Below, one piece after another: positions 23,173 through 33,346 of a stretch of DNA of 64,000 bases. The notes beneath the pieces were generated by a model that worked only from the letters and a program-made list of their open reading frames with translations, did no database searches and had not been told where the DNA came from. Location of the stretch: positions 1-64,000 of the IMG/VR virus record IMGVR_UViG_3300021400_000130; one strand, written 5' to 3'. Position 1 is the first letter of the stretch. Each line of letters opens with the position of its first letter. The position numbers and the translations under genes were made by a program. The stretch comes from a virus. Taxonomy: Duplodnaviria; Caudoviricetes.

Positions 23173-24414
23173 ATGCTTTATAATGTAAAAGATAAAGTTC
23201 CTTTTTTCAAGATGTTAGCATTCGGATTTCAGTTGCTACTTTCTGTTTTTGTTGCAACTGTTCTGATTTGCCAGATATGCGGAGTTTCAGTTAGTGGAGG
23301 ACTTTTTGGAGCAGGTCTTGCTACAATTGTTTATTTAATTGTTACTAGATTTGAATCTCCTATGTATATTTCCAATAGTGGTGCATTTGTAGCTCCTGTG
23401 TTGATTGCACTATCTGTTGGTGGATATCCTGCAGTTGCACTAGGAGGACTAGTGACATGTATCATATATTGTTTGTTTGGATTTATTTTTAGTAAAGTTT
23501 CTGTAGAAAGCATCTATAAAGTATTTCCTAAAACTCTGATTGGTTCAGTTACTATGGTAATTGGTATTACCTTGATGGGATTTATAGCTACATATGTTCA
23601 GATTGACGGAGTAGTTAATATGTGGGGAATGAGTGTAGCACTTGTAACACTTGTTGCTATTGCACTGTTTGCACACTATTCAAAAGGAATGATGAAAACT
23701 ATTCCGTTCCTTTTGGGTCTGCTTGTAGGATACATATATGCTTTGGTACTTACTGTAACAGGTATATATTCTATTGTAGATCTTTCATTGTTTAATAATA
23801 TTACACTTTTCTCTATGCCAGATTTTGCTTTCTTACACTGGTCCATTAAATCGTTCAATATCCTTTCTATTGTTATACTATATGCAGCCTATACAGTTAG
23901 TGCAATGATGGAAGCACTGAGCGATCATGCTGCACTTGGGAACATCATTGGTCAGGATCTTTATAAGAAGCCTGGGCTAAATCGCATCTTCTGCGGTGAA
24001 GGTGTTGCTAACTTAGTAGGTTCTGTATTCGGAGGTCTTGGAACTTGTAGCTATGGTGAAGGTGTAGGCTGTGTTGGAGTTAGCAAAGTAGCAGCTGTTA
24101 GAGTTACACTTACTGCAGCACTTATGATGATTTTCCTTAGTGTCTTTACTCCAGTTCAAGCATTTATTGCTTCAATACCAAGCTGTGCGTTTGCAGGAGC
24201 AGCAATTATCTTGTATGGTTACATTATGAATAGCGGTGTCAAGATGCTACAGCAGGTAGACCTTAATAATCAGAAAAATCTTCTTATCGTATCAATTGTT
24301 GTGTCAGTTGGCGTTAGTGGTTTATTTGTTGGAGGCGGAAACTTTACAATTTCAGGAACTGCACTTGCATTAATTGTAGGAATTGTACTTAACTTTATTC
24401 TAAAGGACGGATAA
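23173..24414 (+). CDS. Uracil/xanthine permease (NCS2, UraA/PyrP-like)
   Basis: Many TM helices, P.YISNSGAF, PGLNR...GEG.A, CSYGEGVG signature region. Confidence 0.9.
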   Translation: MLYNVKDKVPFFKMLAFGFQLLLSVFVATVLICQICGVSVSGGLFGAGLATIVYLIVTRFESPMYISNSGAFVAPVLIALSVGGYPAVALGGLVTCIIYCLFGFIFSKVSVESIYKVFPKTLIGSVTMVIGITLMGFIATYVQIDGVVNMWGMSVALVTLVAIALFAHYSKGMMKTIPFLLGLLVGYIYALVLTVTGIYSIVDLSLFNNITLFSMPDFAFLHWSIKSFNILSIVILYAAYTVSAMMEALSDHAALGNIIGQDLYKKPGLNRIFCGEGVANLVGSVFGGLGTCSYGEGVGCVGVSKVAAVRVTLTAALMMIFLSVFTPVQAFIASIPSCAFAGAAIILYGYIMNSGVKMLQQVDLNNQKNLLIVSIVVSVGVSGLFVGGGNFTISGTALALIVGIVLNFILKDG

Positions 24415-24415
24415 G

Positions 24416-25006
24416 ATGGGATACAGACAATATATTTTTTCAGTAGAAACTTGGTTAGTTGATGAAATTAGAAAATGCAAAACCGAAGACGAATTCATTA
24501 AAACTATGCAAAAGTTCCGTAATGATTCTGTAGAATATGATGGTGTTGATGAAACGTATTACTTCCCCCTTTATCGTTTAGGTGAAGAACTATACGAGTT
24601 TGGTAAGTATTGGGAAAATTCAGACGAGATGTATAAACATGGTGACTCATTATTTACAAGCGATGAGCTAAATGAAAAATACGAAGATTACGGAGCAATT
24701 GTACTTGACGAAGAAGGTCTTCTTTGTGCCATCGAATGGTATAGGTCACATGTAGAGAAAATGTATGAAGATCTTCTCTCAGAAACTTCTACAAATGAAT
24801 GGGACACTAGACCTCAGTTTGATAGACTGAAAGAACATGTACAAGATTATCTCTATTGGTGGAAGAATACTGGACCCGGAAATCTTAATAAAAAAACTGA
24901 CTGTATTGTTAACTCATGGTTGTATGAGCACGGGTATTTTGAACTTGTTCGTATTTACAAGACATTTGATTGGGACAATAACTCATTGATTTTTCTTGGC
25001 TGGTAA
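24416..25006 (+). CDS. Hypothetical phage protein
   Basis: 196 aa ORF ending FLGW. Confidence 0.7.
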   Translation: MGYRQYIFSVETWLVDEIRKCKTEDEFIKTMQKFRNDSVEYDGVDETYYFPLYRLGEELYEFGKYWENSDEMYKHGDSLFTSDELNEKYEDYGAIVLDEEGLLCAIEWYRSHVEKMYEDLLSETSTNEWDTRPQFDRLKEHVQDYLYWWKNTGPGNLNKKTDCIVNSWLYEHGYFELVRIYKTFDWDNNSLIFLGW

Positions 25007-25081
25007 AAGTTGATTTACCAGCCATTATACTTTATAATATTACTATAAACTACAGAATTACAGAAAGGATAATACAGATTT

Positions 25082-25738
25082 ATGTATTCATGGGATGACT
25101 ATTATGAACCGTCTGAGTTTGAAATTCAAGTAGAAGAACTTAAACAGTCCATTATAGAAAATGTTAGAGATGAGATAAAGAACAAAATCGACTCTCTTGA
25201 GAAAGAAAATGCAGAATTACAAGAAGTAAAAAAGAATTGGAAACAACTCAAAGATGAACACGACAAAACAATGCGTGAACTTCGTTTTAAAACAGAAGTC
25301 GCAGAAAGAGAAGCAAAAAGATTAAGAGCTAAAGAGATACTTGATTCAGTTTCTTCTATAGGATACAGAGTTCATTATGAATATGTAAAGCTTCCTAAAT
25401 GTGATAAGTGTGACGACCAGAGATATATACACTTCATTTCACCTCTCGGTCGCGAAATGAAAGAAAGCTGCACCTGTAATCAAGGCTACAAAGTTTACTC
25501 TCCTGAGGAAGAAAAACTTATATGTTTTTACGCTACTGAAACTATAAACAGTATGTATTATTCCTGTACTGACAGCGACAGAGATAGGTGGGAACTCTGT
25601 TCTGATGTTTATAAAGAGTTACCTGACAATCTTGAAAAAATAAATGAGTATAGAGCAGTCTTTATAAACAAAGAAGATTGTCAGGCATACTGTGATTGGA
25701 AAAATAACATTGAAAAGAATAAACAGAGCACAATTTAG
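25082..25738 (+). CDS. Hypothetical coiled-coil/Zn-binding phage protein
   Basis: Coiled coil followed by KCDKCD...CTC. Confidence 0.7.
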   Translation: MYSWDDYYEPSEFEIQVEELKQSIIENVRDEIKNKIDSLEKENAELQEVKKNWKQLKDEHDKTMRELRFKTEVAEREAKRLRAKEILDSVSSIGYRVHYEYVKLPKCDKCDDQRYIHFISPLGREMKESCTCNQGYKVYSPEEEKLICFYATETINSMYYSCTDSDRDRWELCSDVYKELPDNLEKINEYRAVFINKEDCQAYCDWKNNIEKNKQSTI

Positions 25739-25746
25739 GAGAAAAT

Positions 25747-25929
25747 ATGAGATATAAAAATATTCAATTAGACAAGTGTCCCTTCTGTAAAGGAGAAGCT
25801 GAGATGTTTATTTCAAGAGAGCTTGGAGTTGATTATTTTCAGGTAAATTGTAAACTTTGTTATGCAAGAGTAGGGTATCCTGTAGAGACACAAGAAGAGG
25901 CAGCAGCCTTATGGAATTTTAGAAAGTAA
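25747..25929 (+). CDS. Lar-like restriction alleviation zinc ribbon protein
   Basis: CPFCKGEA...VNC..C.A...EEAA..WN.R. Confidence 0.7.
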   Translation: MRYKNIQLDKCPFCKGEAEMFISRELGVDYFQVNCKLCYARVGYPVETQEEAAALWNFRK

Positions 25930-25943
25930 TAATTATTAACATA

Positions 25944-26324
25944 ATGAGCATAAGTAAAGAAAAAAGACAGAAAGTATATCAGAAATATAACGGTCACTGT
26001 GCGTATTGTGGAAGAGAGATCGAATATAAAGACATGCAGGTTGATCATTTCATCCCACAAGAGATGGAGCCAGTTGTTGTCGCTGGTAATTTTCCGGGCC
26101 TTGACAGCATCGACGACTTTCAGAATCTTATGCCAGCCTGCCGGACGTGTAACCACTATAAACGAGCACATAACCTTGAAACCTTTCGCCGATACATTGA
26201 AGAGATTCCAAAGAAGCTTAGAGAGAATTACATTTATAAGATTGGTGTTCTTTACGGCAATATCATTGAAAATGAAACTCCTATAAAATTTTATTTTGAA
26301 CAAAAAGGTGAAACAGAATTATGA
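25944..26324 (+). CDS. HNH endonuclease
   Basis: GHCAYCG, MQVDHFIP, NLMPACRTCNHYK. Confidence 0.9.
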   Translation: MSISKEKRQKVYQKYNGHCAYCGREIEYKDMQVDHFIPQEMEPVVVAGNFPGLDSIDDFQNLMPACRTCNHYKRAHNLETFRRYIEEIPKKLRENYIYKIGVLYGNIIENETPIKFYFEQKGETEL

Positions 26325-26830
26325 AGGTACAGATTAGAAAATGTGTGTTTGAAACAAACTCTAGCTCTACACACGCAATATGTATTAGTAAGAAAGATCT
26401 TAATACAGCTGATCTACAAGGAACAACAGTTATCTTTGATTGCGGAAGATTTGGTTGGGAGGTAGAAACATATAAAGACATTTATAGTAGAGCCTCTTAT
26501 CTATATCAAGCAATACTTGACATTAACTATGATAATCCTGAAGAACGTTCTAAAGTTCTACGTTGTATTAATGACACACTGTATGAATACGGTATAGCCT
26601 GTTATTTTATACCGCCAAAAACAGACAGTTGGGGATTCAATGAAGGCTATATTGATCACGCCTTAGAAACTAAAGAGTTTGTAGACTCCGTACTTCAGAG
26701 TAAAGAAAGACTTATCAGATATCTATTTGGCGATTCCATTATTTTTACAGGTAACGATAATGATGATGAACCTCTTCCGTTAGACACAATTTCGGAAAAT
26801 GATTATGAAATATACTATAAAGGAAACTAA
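26321..26830 (+). CDS. Hypothetical protein with FETNSSSTH motif
   Basis: QIRKCVFETNSSSTHAI; paralog of the next gene. Confidence 0.75.
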   Translation: MKVQIRKCVFETNSSSTHAICISKKDLNTADLQGTTVIFDCGRFGWEVETYKDIYSRASYLYQAILDINYDNPEERSKVLRCINDTLYEYGIACYFIPPKTDSWGFNEGYIDHALETKEFVDSVLQSKERLIRYLFGDSIIFTGNDNDDEPLPLDTISENDYEIYYKGN

Positions 26831-26841
26831 GGAGACAGTAA

Positions 26842-27180
26842 ATGAAAAGACAGATTAGAAGAAATGTATTTGAGACAAATTCTAGCTCTACTCATTCGAT
26901 TACTATTTGTAGTGAAGAAGAGTGGGAAGGATTCAGGGACGGTAAACTTGCTGTAAATGATGCAGGAAAGTTTATGCCAGTAGAAAAATTAGTTCATAAT
27001 CCAGATTATGACGAAGAGTATACTGGGAGACTCATTGACCCTGCCGATAGCTCTTGGGACAATGAATATGAAAACTACGAGAGTTATTTCAATGATGAGT
27101 ATCTTGAGGGCTATTCCTACAATTATACTACAAAGAGTGGAGATAAGATTGTAGCTTTCGGTAAGTACGGTCATGATTAA
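26842..27180 (+). CDS. Hypothetical protein with FETNSSSTH motif
   Basis: QIRRNVFETNSSSTHSI. Confidence 0.75.
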   Translation: MKRQIRRNVFETNSSSTHSITICSEEEWEGFRDGKLAVNDAGKFMPVEKLVHNPDYDEEYTGRLIDPADSSWDNEYENYESYFNDEYLEGYSYNYTTKSGDKIVAFGKYGHD

Positions 27181-27270
27181 TTTCTGATTATGTATAGTAA
27201 TGCCTTAGTAGTTAGTTGATATTTAGCTACTAAGGCATTATAATGTAATTGTAAATAGGATATAAAGGTA

Positions 27271-27558
27271 GTGATTGAAATGAAGGCGACCTTTATAGGC
27301 GTAAGTTACCAAAGAGAAGGTAATTGGAATGTTAAGTATCTCGAGTATGAGTACAGAGGACATAACTACTTTGTAAGAGATGCGGGGTGGATGCCTTCTG
27401 CTTTTGATGAGACCTTATATCTTCAGCACAAAAGAGAACAAGAAAGAATTGACAAAATAATTGAAGAACAAAATATATCTGATACTGCTGTAAACTATGA
27501 AGACACAGCTGAATATGCGTTAGATATGTTATTTGATTACTGGGAGAATGGAGAATAA
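27271..27558 (+). CDS. Hypothetical protein
   Basis: After the promoter at 27216. Confidence 0.6.
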   Translation: MIEMKATFIGVSYQREGNWNVKYLEYEYRGHNYFVRDAGWMPSAFDETLYLQHKREQERIDKIIEEQNISDTAVNYEDTAEYALDMLFDYWENGE

Positions 27559-27563
27559 TTAGT

Positions 27564-28478
27564 ATGCCAAAGATTCTTGGTAAGTATATTAATGGAAATG
27601 AATTTGTAACCATCTATGACGATGGAACTAAAATTCGAGAAACCGAAGACGATGAATTCCGTCCTGCATATGCAGAAAATATGGACATTAAGATCTGTAA
27701 TAGATGTAGTCAGGGCTGTGCATTTTGTCATGAAGGTAGTACTCCTGACGGTGAAATTCCCGATCTTAATGATGCTTTTATCAATACTCTGCATCCTTAT
27801 CAAGAAGTAGCTCTCGGAGGCGGAAACGTTCTAGAGCATCCTGACCTCTTGAACTTTCTGTATCGTCTTAAAGACCAGAAAGTTATTACAAACATTACTC
27901 TTAATCAGAATCATTTCATGTCGAATATTGAAACAGTACGATCTCTTATCAATCAAAAACTTATCTATGGTCTTGGCATTTCTTTAACTGATCCTAATCC
28001 TCAGTTTATTGAGACTGTAAAACAGTTTCCTAATGCGGTAATTCATGTTATCAACGGAGTTGTTCGTGTTGGCGACTTAAAGAAACTTGCAAATAAAGAC
28101 TTAAAGATTCTTATTCTGGGATATAAAGAAATTAGAAGAGGAAAAACATTCCTGCTTGACCATCTTCCCTCTAATTTTTATAATAGAGACGCGTTAAGAG
28201 AAGCACTCCCTGTTATTGTTAAGGACGGATGGTTCAACGTAGTTAGCTTTGACAATCTTGCTATTGATCAGCTCAATGTCAAGAGTCTCCTTTCTGAAGA
28301 TAAGTGGAATGAATTCTATGCAGGAGATGACGGAACAATTACTTACTATATTGATATGGTAAAGAAACAGTTTGCAGTTAGTTCAACTTCCCCGATGGAC
28401 GAAAGATATCCTCTTCTAGATAGTGTAGATGAAATGTTTAAAGTAATTCAAGAGAAGAAACAACTTACAAGAGTATAA
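27564..28478 (+). CDS. Radical SAM protein
   Basis: CSQGCAFC (CxxxCxxC), EVALGGG. Confidence 0.9.
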   Translation: MPKILGKYINGNEFVTIYDDGTKIRETEDDEFRPAYAENMDIKICNRCSQGCAFCHEGSTPDGEIPDLNDAFINTLHPYQEVALGGGNVLEHPDLLNFLYRLKDQKVITNITLNQNHFMSNIETVRSLINQKLIYGLGISLTDPNPQFIETVKQFPNAVIHVINGVVRVGDLKKLANKDLKILILGYKEIRRGKTFLLDHLPSNFYNRDALREALPVIVKDGWFNVVSFDNLAIDQLNVKSLLSEDKWNEFYAGDDGTITYYIDMVKKQFAVSSTSPMDERYPLLDSVDEMFKVIQEKKQLTRV

Positions 28479-28508
28479 ATAATTCATAAAAGAATATTAA
28501 CACTGTAT

Positions 28509-28540
28509 AATAGCTAAGATTTTCATCTTAGCTATTTTTT
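28509..28540 (+). terminator. Rho-independent terminator
   Basis: ATAGCTAAGA/TCTTAGCTAT hairpin and T run. Confidence 0.8.
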
Positions 28541-28699
28541 ATTTATAAGAACAACTATGTAAGTAGTTGTTTATTTATATTGTGCTATATTTATATAATA
28601 AATTGTATATATTATACTGAACAAAGAATGTTTTTAACAAATAACAAACTACTGAATACATTGTATTGATGTATATATGTAAATAGGAGGTTATAGGAA

Positions 28700-29092
28700 T
28701 TGCTTACAATAGACACAGTGGATAAAACAAAACTCCTATTAACTCGCGGAGATGACGGCTATGTTGAGCTTCCAATTTTTCAAAGAGTTTTAGACAAGTC
28801 TGTCCCAGAAAAATACCGTTACGTAAAATATCTAGTAGAAGAAGGAGACACAGTCAGTGTTCAGGTCAGAACGGAACCTGTTGTAAATGAAGATACTTCT
28901 ACAGACCAAACACTTGTATTTGTAGGAGATATTAGTATACAAGACGGTGTTCCGGTATGGCATATTACTCACAATCAATCTGAAATTGACTGCGATACAT
29001 ATTACTGGGATGTTCAGATAGTAATGAGTAACGGAGCAGTTAGTACATATAATTCGGGCTTATTACAGATTCTTCCTGAGGTAACAGTGTGA
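28700..29092 (+). CDS. Baseplate/tail BppU-like N-terminal domain protein
   Basis: LTRGDD...YYWDVQI...ILPEVT pattern at the start of the tail module. Confidence 0.6.
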   Translation: MLTIDTVDKTKLLLTRGDDGYVELPIFQRVLDKSVPEKYRYVKYLVEEGDTVSVQVRTEPVVNEDTSTDQTLVFVGDISIQDGVPVWHITHNQSEIDCDTYYWDVQIVMSNGAVSTYNSGLLQILPEVTV

Positions 29093-29580
29093 ATCCAGAA
29101 TTAGTTGGGCAGTTAAATATTATCGCTCAAGTAAAGGGCGGAGAGTTAAACACCATCTCGCAACTTGGAGGTGGTATACTTACCTTGCCCGAAACATTTA
29201 ACGATGTTGGTATTGAATCCATTGTCTTTAATGATGATGGTTCAATGACAATTATACTAACTGACGGGACTTCTTATACCTCGCCTTCTTTGATTGGTCC
29301 TGGTATTGCACCAGGAGGTACTACGGGTCAAGTACTTGCTAAAGCTACAGATGACGACTACAATACAGAGTGGGTTGATCCCGGAATGGCGGACATACCC
29401 ATCGCTACTACGGAGACATTGGGCGGAATAATTGTCGGAAGTGATCTGCTCATAACTGAGGAAGGTGTATTGTCTATTGACAAAGCAAACTCTATGTATG
29501 AAGACAATACAAAACCAATTACGGCAGCAGCAGTATATACGGAGATTGGAAATATAAATGCTGCTTTAGCAACTATATAA
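29089..29580 (+). CDS. Tail-fibre-associated protein
   Basis: GGTTGQVLAK...DYNTEWVD and ATTETLGGIIVG repeats. Confidence 0.65.
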   Translation: MNPELVGQLNIIAQVKGGELNTISQLGGGILTLPETFNDVGIESIVFNDDGSMTIILTDGTSYTSPSLIGPGIAPGGTTGQVLAKATDDDYNTEWVDPGMADIPIATTETLGGIIVGSDLLITEEGVLSIDKANSMYEDNTKPITAAAVYTEIGNINAALATI

Positions 29581-29592
29581 AGGGTATGAGAT

Positions 29593-31095
29593 ATGAGTAC
29601 ACAAACTGAAATTAGCAGATTATCTAGTGCGAGAAACACTATTAGAGATAAACTTATTGAATTTGGTCTTGCAGCAAGTACTGATAAACTTGACGTATTG
29701 GCTACAGAAATTGACGGCATTGTTTATAGAGGGGCTGTTTCTGCATCTGTTCAAGAAGGCGACACATATACAATCCCAGCCGGTTATCATAACGGATCTG
29801 GTACAGTACAAGGTGTTGCCGGTGGTGGTAACTACAGCTTACAATCTAAGTCTATTACTCCTACTAAATCACAACAGAGCGTAACACCTGATAGTGGTTA
29901 TTATGGCTTGTCTGGAGTTACAGTAGCAGCAATTCCTGAAGCATATCAAAATGTTTCTGCTGTTACGGCTACAGCTTCTGATGTTCTTTCACCAAAAGTT
30001 ATTGTTGATGCAACAGGTGCAACAATAACTGGTACAATGGCCAACAATGGCGCTGTTTCTCAGAAATTAACAACTTCTACTACAAGCTATACAGTACCAG
30101 CTGGGTATCATAACGGAAAGGGTTCTGTATTTATTGAAACAGAAACTAAAACAGTTACACCCAGTACCTCTTCACAAGATGTAACTCCTACAACTGGAAA
30201 AGTTCTGAGTAAAGTTACTGTTGATGCTATTTCTGATAACTTTGCAGATACAACTGGCGATGATGCAGTTGCAGCAAATATTCTTTCTGGAAAGAAAGCA
30301 CACAGTTATGACAGTACAGAGGAAGCGGCAGTTGCTGTAACCGGTACTATGCCAAATAATGGTGCCGTTTCTAAAACATTAGACGCTACCACAAATAACC
30401 AGACTTATACAGTTCCTCTTGGCTATCATGACGGTACAGGTACAGTTGGTATTGTTTTAGAAACAAAAACAGCTACACCTAGTACATCAAGTCAGAATAT
30501 TATTCCAACAGCAGGTAAAGTATTAAGTAAAGTAACAGTTAATGCTATTCCTTCTAATTATAAAGACACAACAAATGTAGACGCAACTGCAGCAGATGTC
30601 CTAGAAGGAAAAACTATTGTTACAAGTACCGGTGAAGTAGAAGGTACAATGCCTAACAACGCTGCTGTTTCTAAAACACTTGATGCTACTAAAGACAATC
30701 AATCATATACTGTTCCAGCAGGATATCATAATGGTAGCGGAGAAGTTAATATCGTTCTTGAGACAAAGAGTGCAACGCCTACCACTTCTTCTCAGACAAT
30801 TACACCTACTTCAGGAAAAGTACTTTCTGCAGTAACAGTTAATGCTATTCCTGCAAAATATGGTGATACAACCGGTGATACAGCAGTAGCTGCAAACTTG
30901 TTAGCTGGGGCTACTGCACATACTATTGTAAATGGAACTGCTACAAAGATCACCGGTACAATGGTTAATAACGGAGCTATTGCAGGAACAATTGATGGTT
31001 TAACTACTACAAGTTATACAATTCCAGCTGGCTATACTTCTGGGGGATCTGTTAGCTTAACGGACGACATCGAATTAGCACTAGCAGCAATCTAA
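29593..31095 (+). CDS. Tail fibre-like repeat protein
   Basis: Repeats TGTMPNNGAVS, YTVPAGYHNGSG, TPSTSSQ.I.PT.GKVLSKVTV. Confidence 0.75.
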   Translation: MSTQTEISRLSSARNTIRDKLIEFGLAASTDKLDVLATEIDGIVYRGAVSASVQEGDTYTIPAGYHNGSGTVQGVAGGGNYSLQSKSITPTKSQQSVTPDSGYYGLSGVTVAAIPEAYQNVSAVTATASDVLSPKVIVDATGATITGTMANNGAVSQKLTTSTTSYTVPAGYHNGKGSVFIETETKTVTPSTSSQDVTPTTGKVLSKVTVDAISDNFADTTGDDAVAANILSGKKAHSYDSTEEAAVAVTGTMPNNGAVSKTLDATTNNQTYTVPLGYHDGTGTVGIVLETKTATPSTSSQNIIPTAGKVLSKVTVNAIPSNYKDTTNVDATAADVLEGKTIVTSTGEVEGTMPNNAAVSKTLDATKDNQSYTVPAGYHNGSGEVNIVLETKSATPTTSSQTITPTSGKVLSAVTVNAIPAKYGDTTGDTAVAANLLAGATAHTIVNGTATKITGTMVNNGAIAGTIDGLTTTSYTIPAGYTSGGSVSLTDDIELALAAI

Positions 31096-31105
31096 GAAAG
31101 GAGAT

Positions 31106-33334
31106 GTGTTTATGAGCATCTCTTCACAAATTACAAGACTTACTGAAAATGTTTCTGATGCTCTTGATGCTATCCAAGCAAAGGGTGTAGAGGTACCAGC
31201 AGGTTCAAATAGTGATGATTTAGCTACTCTTATATCATTGATTTCAACAGGTGGTGGAGGAGTTGTTGTTACAGAGACACCAGATGAGCACGGAGGTACT
31301 ATTGTAGAGATTACAGGAGAAGAATTAGTTCTTCAATCAAAATCTGCTACACCAAGTACTTCCTCTCAGCTTATTCAACCTGATGAAGGTTATAATGGTT
31401 TGTCCTCTGTAAGGTTGAACCCTATTCCTAGTGAATATATTATACCTACTGGAAACAAAACACTAACTGAAAACGGATCTAATATTGATATAGCACAATA
31501 TGCTACTGTCACTGTTGATGTTCCTTCTTCAGGTGGAGGAGGTACTTTACAAGAAAAAACAGGAATTGTTCCTACAGAATCAAGTCAGACAATTTCTCCT
31601 GACGAAGGTTATTATGGTCTGTCTTCTGTTCAAATAGATGGTATCAGTAGTACATATGTTGGATCAGGAGTAAGTAGAAAGTCTAGTTCTGATTTGACAG
31701 TTTCTGGAGCTACTGTAACAGTTCCGTCCGGATATTATGCCGCTCAAGCAACTAAAACAGTTAGCTCGGGAACAGCGGGAACACCAACTGCCTCTAAAGG
31801 TACTGTTACTAATCATTCCGTAAGCGTTACACCTACAGTAACAAATACTGCAGGTTATATTTCTGGCGGCACAAAAACAGGTACAGCTGTAACAGTTTCC
31901 GCATCTGAATTAGTTTCAGGAACAAAACAAATTACAGCAAATGGAAGCAATATTGATGTTACTAACTATGAAAAAGTTACTGTTGCTGTTCCTGGAGACA
32001 GTCCTTCTTTACAACAGAAAGTAGGAATTGAGCCCACAGAAAGTGACCAAACAATAACATTTGATGAAGGTTATGACGGACTAGAATCAGTTCAGATAAA
32101 TGCTATTAGTTCAAGTTACATTGGGAGTGATGTTCCACAGAAGAGTAGTTCTGATCTAACTGTTTCAGGTGCAACAATTAATGTTCCTTCAGGTTATTAT
32201 TCTGAAGCAGCTTCAAAATCAGTTTCTGCTATGACACTGCCTACGTCAACTTCTTCAAGTGCAAGTAGTGGTTATACATCAAAAGCAACTGTTTCAAGAA
32301 GTACATCAGATCAGTATATAAATATACCAACTGGTTATAATAGTTCCGGTGCATACTATAAAATAAATGCTGTTCCAAACGGGTCTGTAACTGCCCCTAG
32401 TACAATCAGCGGATCAAGTGCAACTGTTTCAACAGGTACAAATACATTAACATTATCAAAGTCTGTTAGTGTAACACCAAATGTTACTACTGCTGGTTAT
32501 GTATCTTCAGGAACCGCAGGAAATAGTACTGTTAGTTTAACGGCATCAGTAACTACACAAGCTGCTAAAACAGTGACCCCAACAGAAAGCGAACAAACAG
32601 CTGTTGCATCTAATGTATATACAACTGGTGTAGTAAAAGTAGGGGCAATCCCTTCTACATATGTAGGTAGTGGAATAACAAGTAGAAGTAGTTCTGATTT
32701 GACTGTTTCCGGAGGGACAGTAACTGCACCCGCGGGTTATTATTCGTCTAGTGCAAGTAAATCTGTTTCTTCCATGACTCTTCCGACGAGTGCTTCAAGT
32801 AGCGCTACAAGTGGTTATACTTCAAAGGCTACGATAGGAAGAAGTACCTCAAACCAATATATTAACATACCAGCAGGATATAATAGCTCTGGAGCTTATT
32901 ATTTAATAAGTGCCGTTCCAAATGGTTCTGCAAAAGGTCCTTCTTCGTTGTCTGGAACTTCTGCTACAGTAAGTACTGGAAATAATACGTTAACACTAAC
33001 AAAAACAAATGTTACAACTACACCTACTGTAACAGCAGGCTATGTGTCAGGTGCCACAGCTTCAAGTGCTACAGTTACACTTACTGCTGATGTCGCAACT
33101 AAGTCGGCAGAAACATTTACTCCTTCAACAACCAATCAAACAATTTCTTCTGGGACATACTTAACAGGTACTCAAACAATACAGGGCGATGCAAACTTAG
33201 TAGGATCAAATATACTTAGTGGAGTTTCTATATTTGGAGTACCCGGTCAGGTAACATTCCAGACTTACTATACAGGATCTTCTGCACCTTCATCTTCATT
33301 GGGAAAAAATGGAGATATATATTTACAAGCATGA
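31106..33334 (+). CDS. Tail fibre-like Ser/Thr-rich repeat protein
   Basis: Repeats SSSDLTVSGATVTVPSGYY and PDEGY.GLSSV; C-terminal PSSSLGKNGDIY. Confidence 0.75.
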   Translation: MFMSISSQITRLTENVSDALDAIQAKGVEVPAGSNSDDLATLISLISTGGGGVVVTETPDEHGGTIVEITGEELVLQSKSATPSTSSQLIQPDEGYNGLSSVRLNPIPSEYIIPTGNKTLTENGSNIDIAQYATVTVDVPSSGGGGTLQEKTGIVPTESSQTISPDEGYYGLSSVQIDGISSTYVGSGVSRKSSSDLTVSGATVTVPSGYYAAQATKTVSSGTAGTPTASKGTVTNHSVSVTPTVTNTAGYISGGTKTGTAVTVSASELVSGTKQITANGSNIDVTNYEKVTVAVPGDSPSLQQKVGIEPTESDQTITFDEGYDGLESVQINAISSSYIGSDVPQKSSSDLTVSGATINVPSGYYSEAASKSVSAMTLPTSTSSSASSGYTSKATVSRSTSDQYINIPTGYNSSGAYYKINAVPNGSVTAPSTISGSSATVSTGTNTLTLSKSVSVTPNVTTAGYVSSGTAGNSTVSLTASVTTQAAKTVTPTESEQTAVASNVYTTGVVKVGAIPSTYVGSGITSRSSSDLTVSGGTVTAPAGYYSSSASKSVSSMTLPTSASSSATSGYTSKATIGRSTSNQYINIPAGYNSSGAYYLISAVPNGSAKGPSSLSGTSATVSTGNNTLTLTKTNVTTTPTVTAGYVSGATASSATVTLTADVATKSAETFTPSTTNQTISSGTYLTGTQTIQGDANLVGSNILSGVSIFGVPGQVTFQTYYTGSSAPSSSLGKNGDIYLQA

Positions 33335-33346
33335 GGAAATATATAG

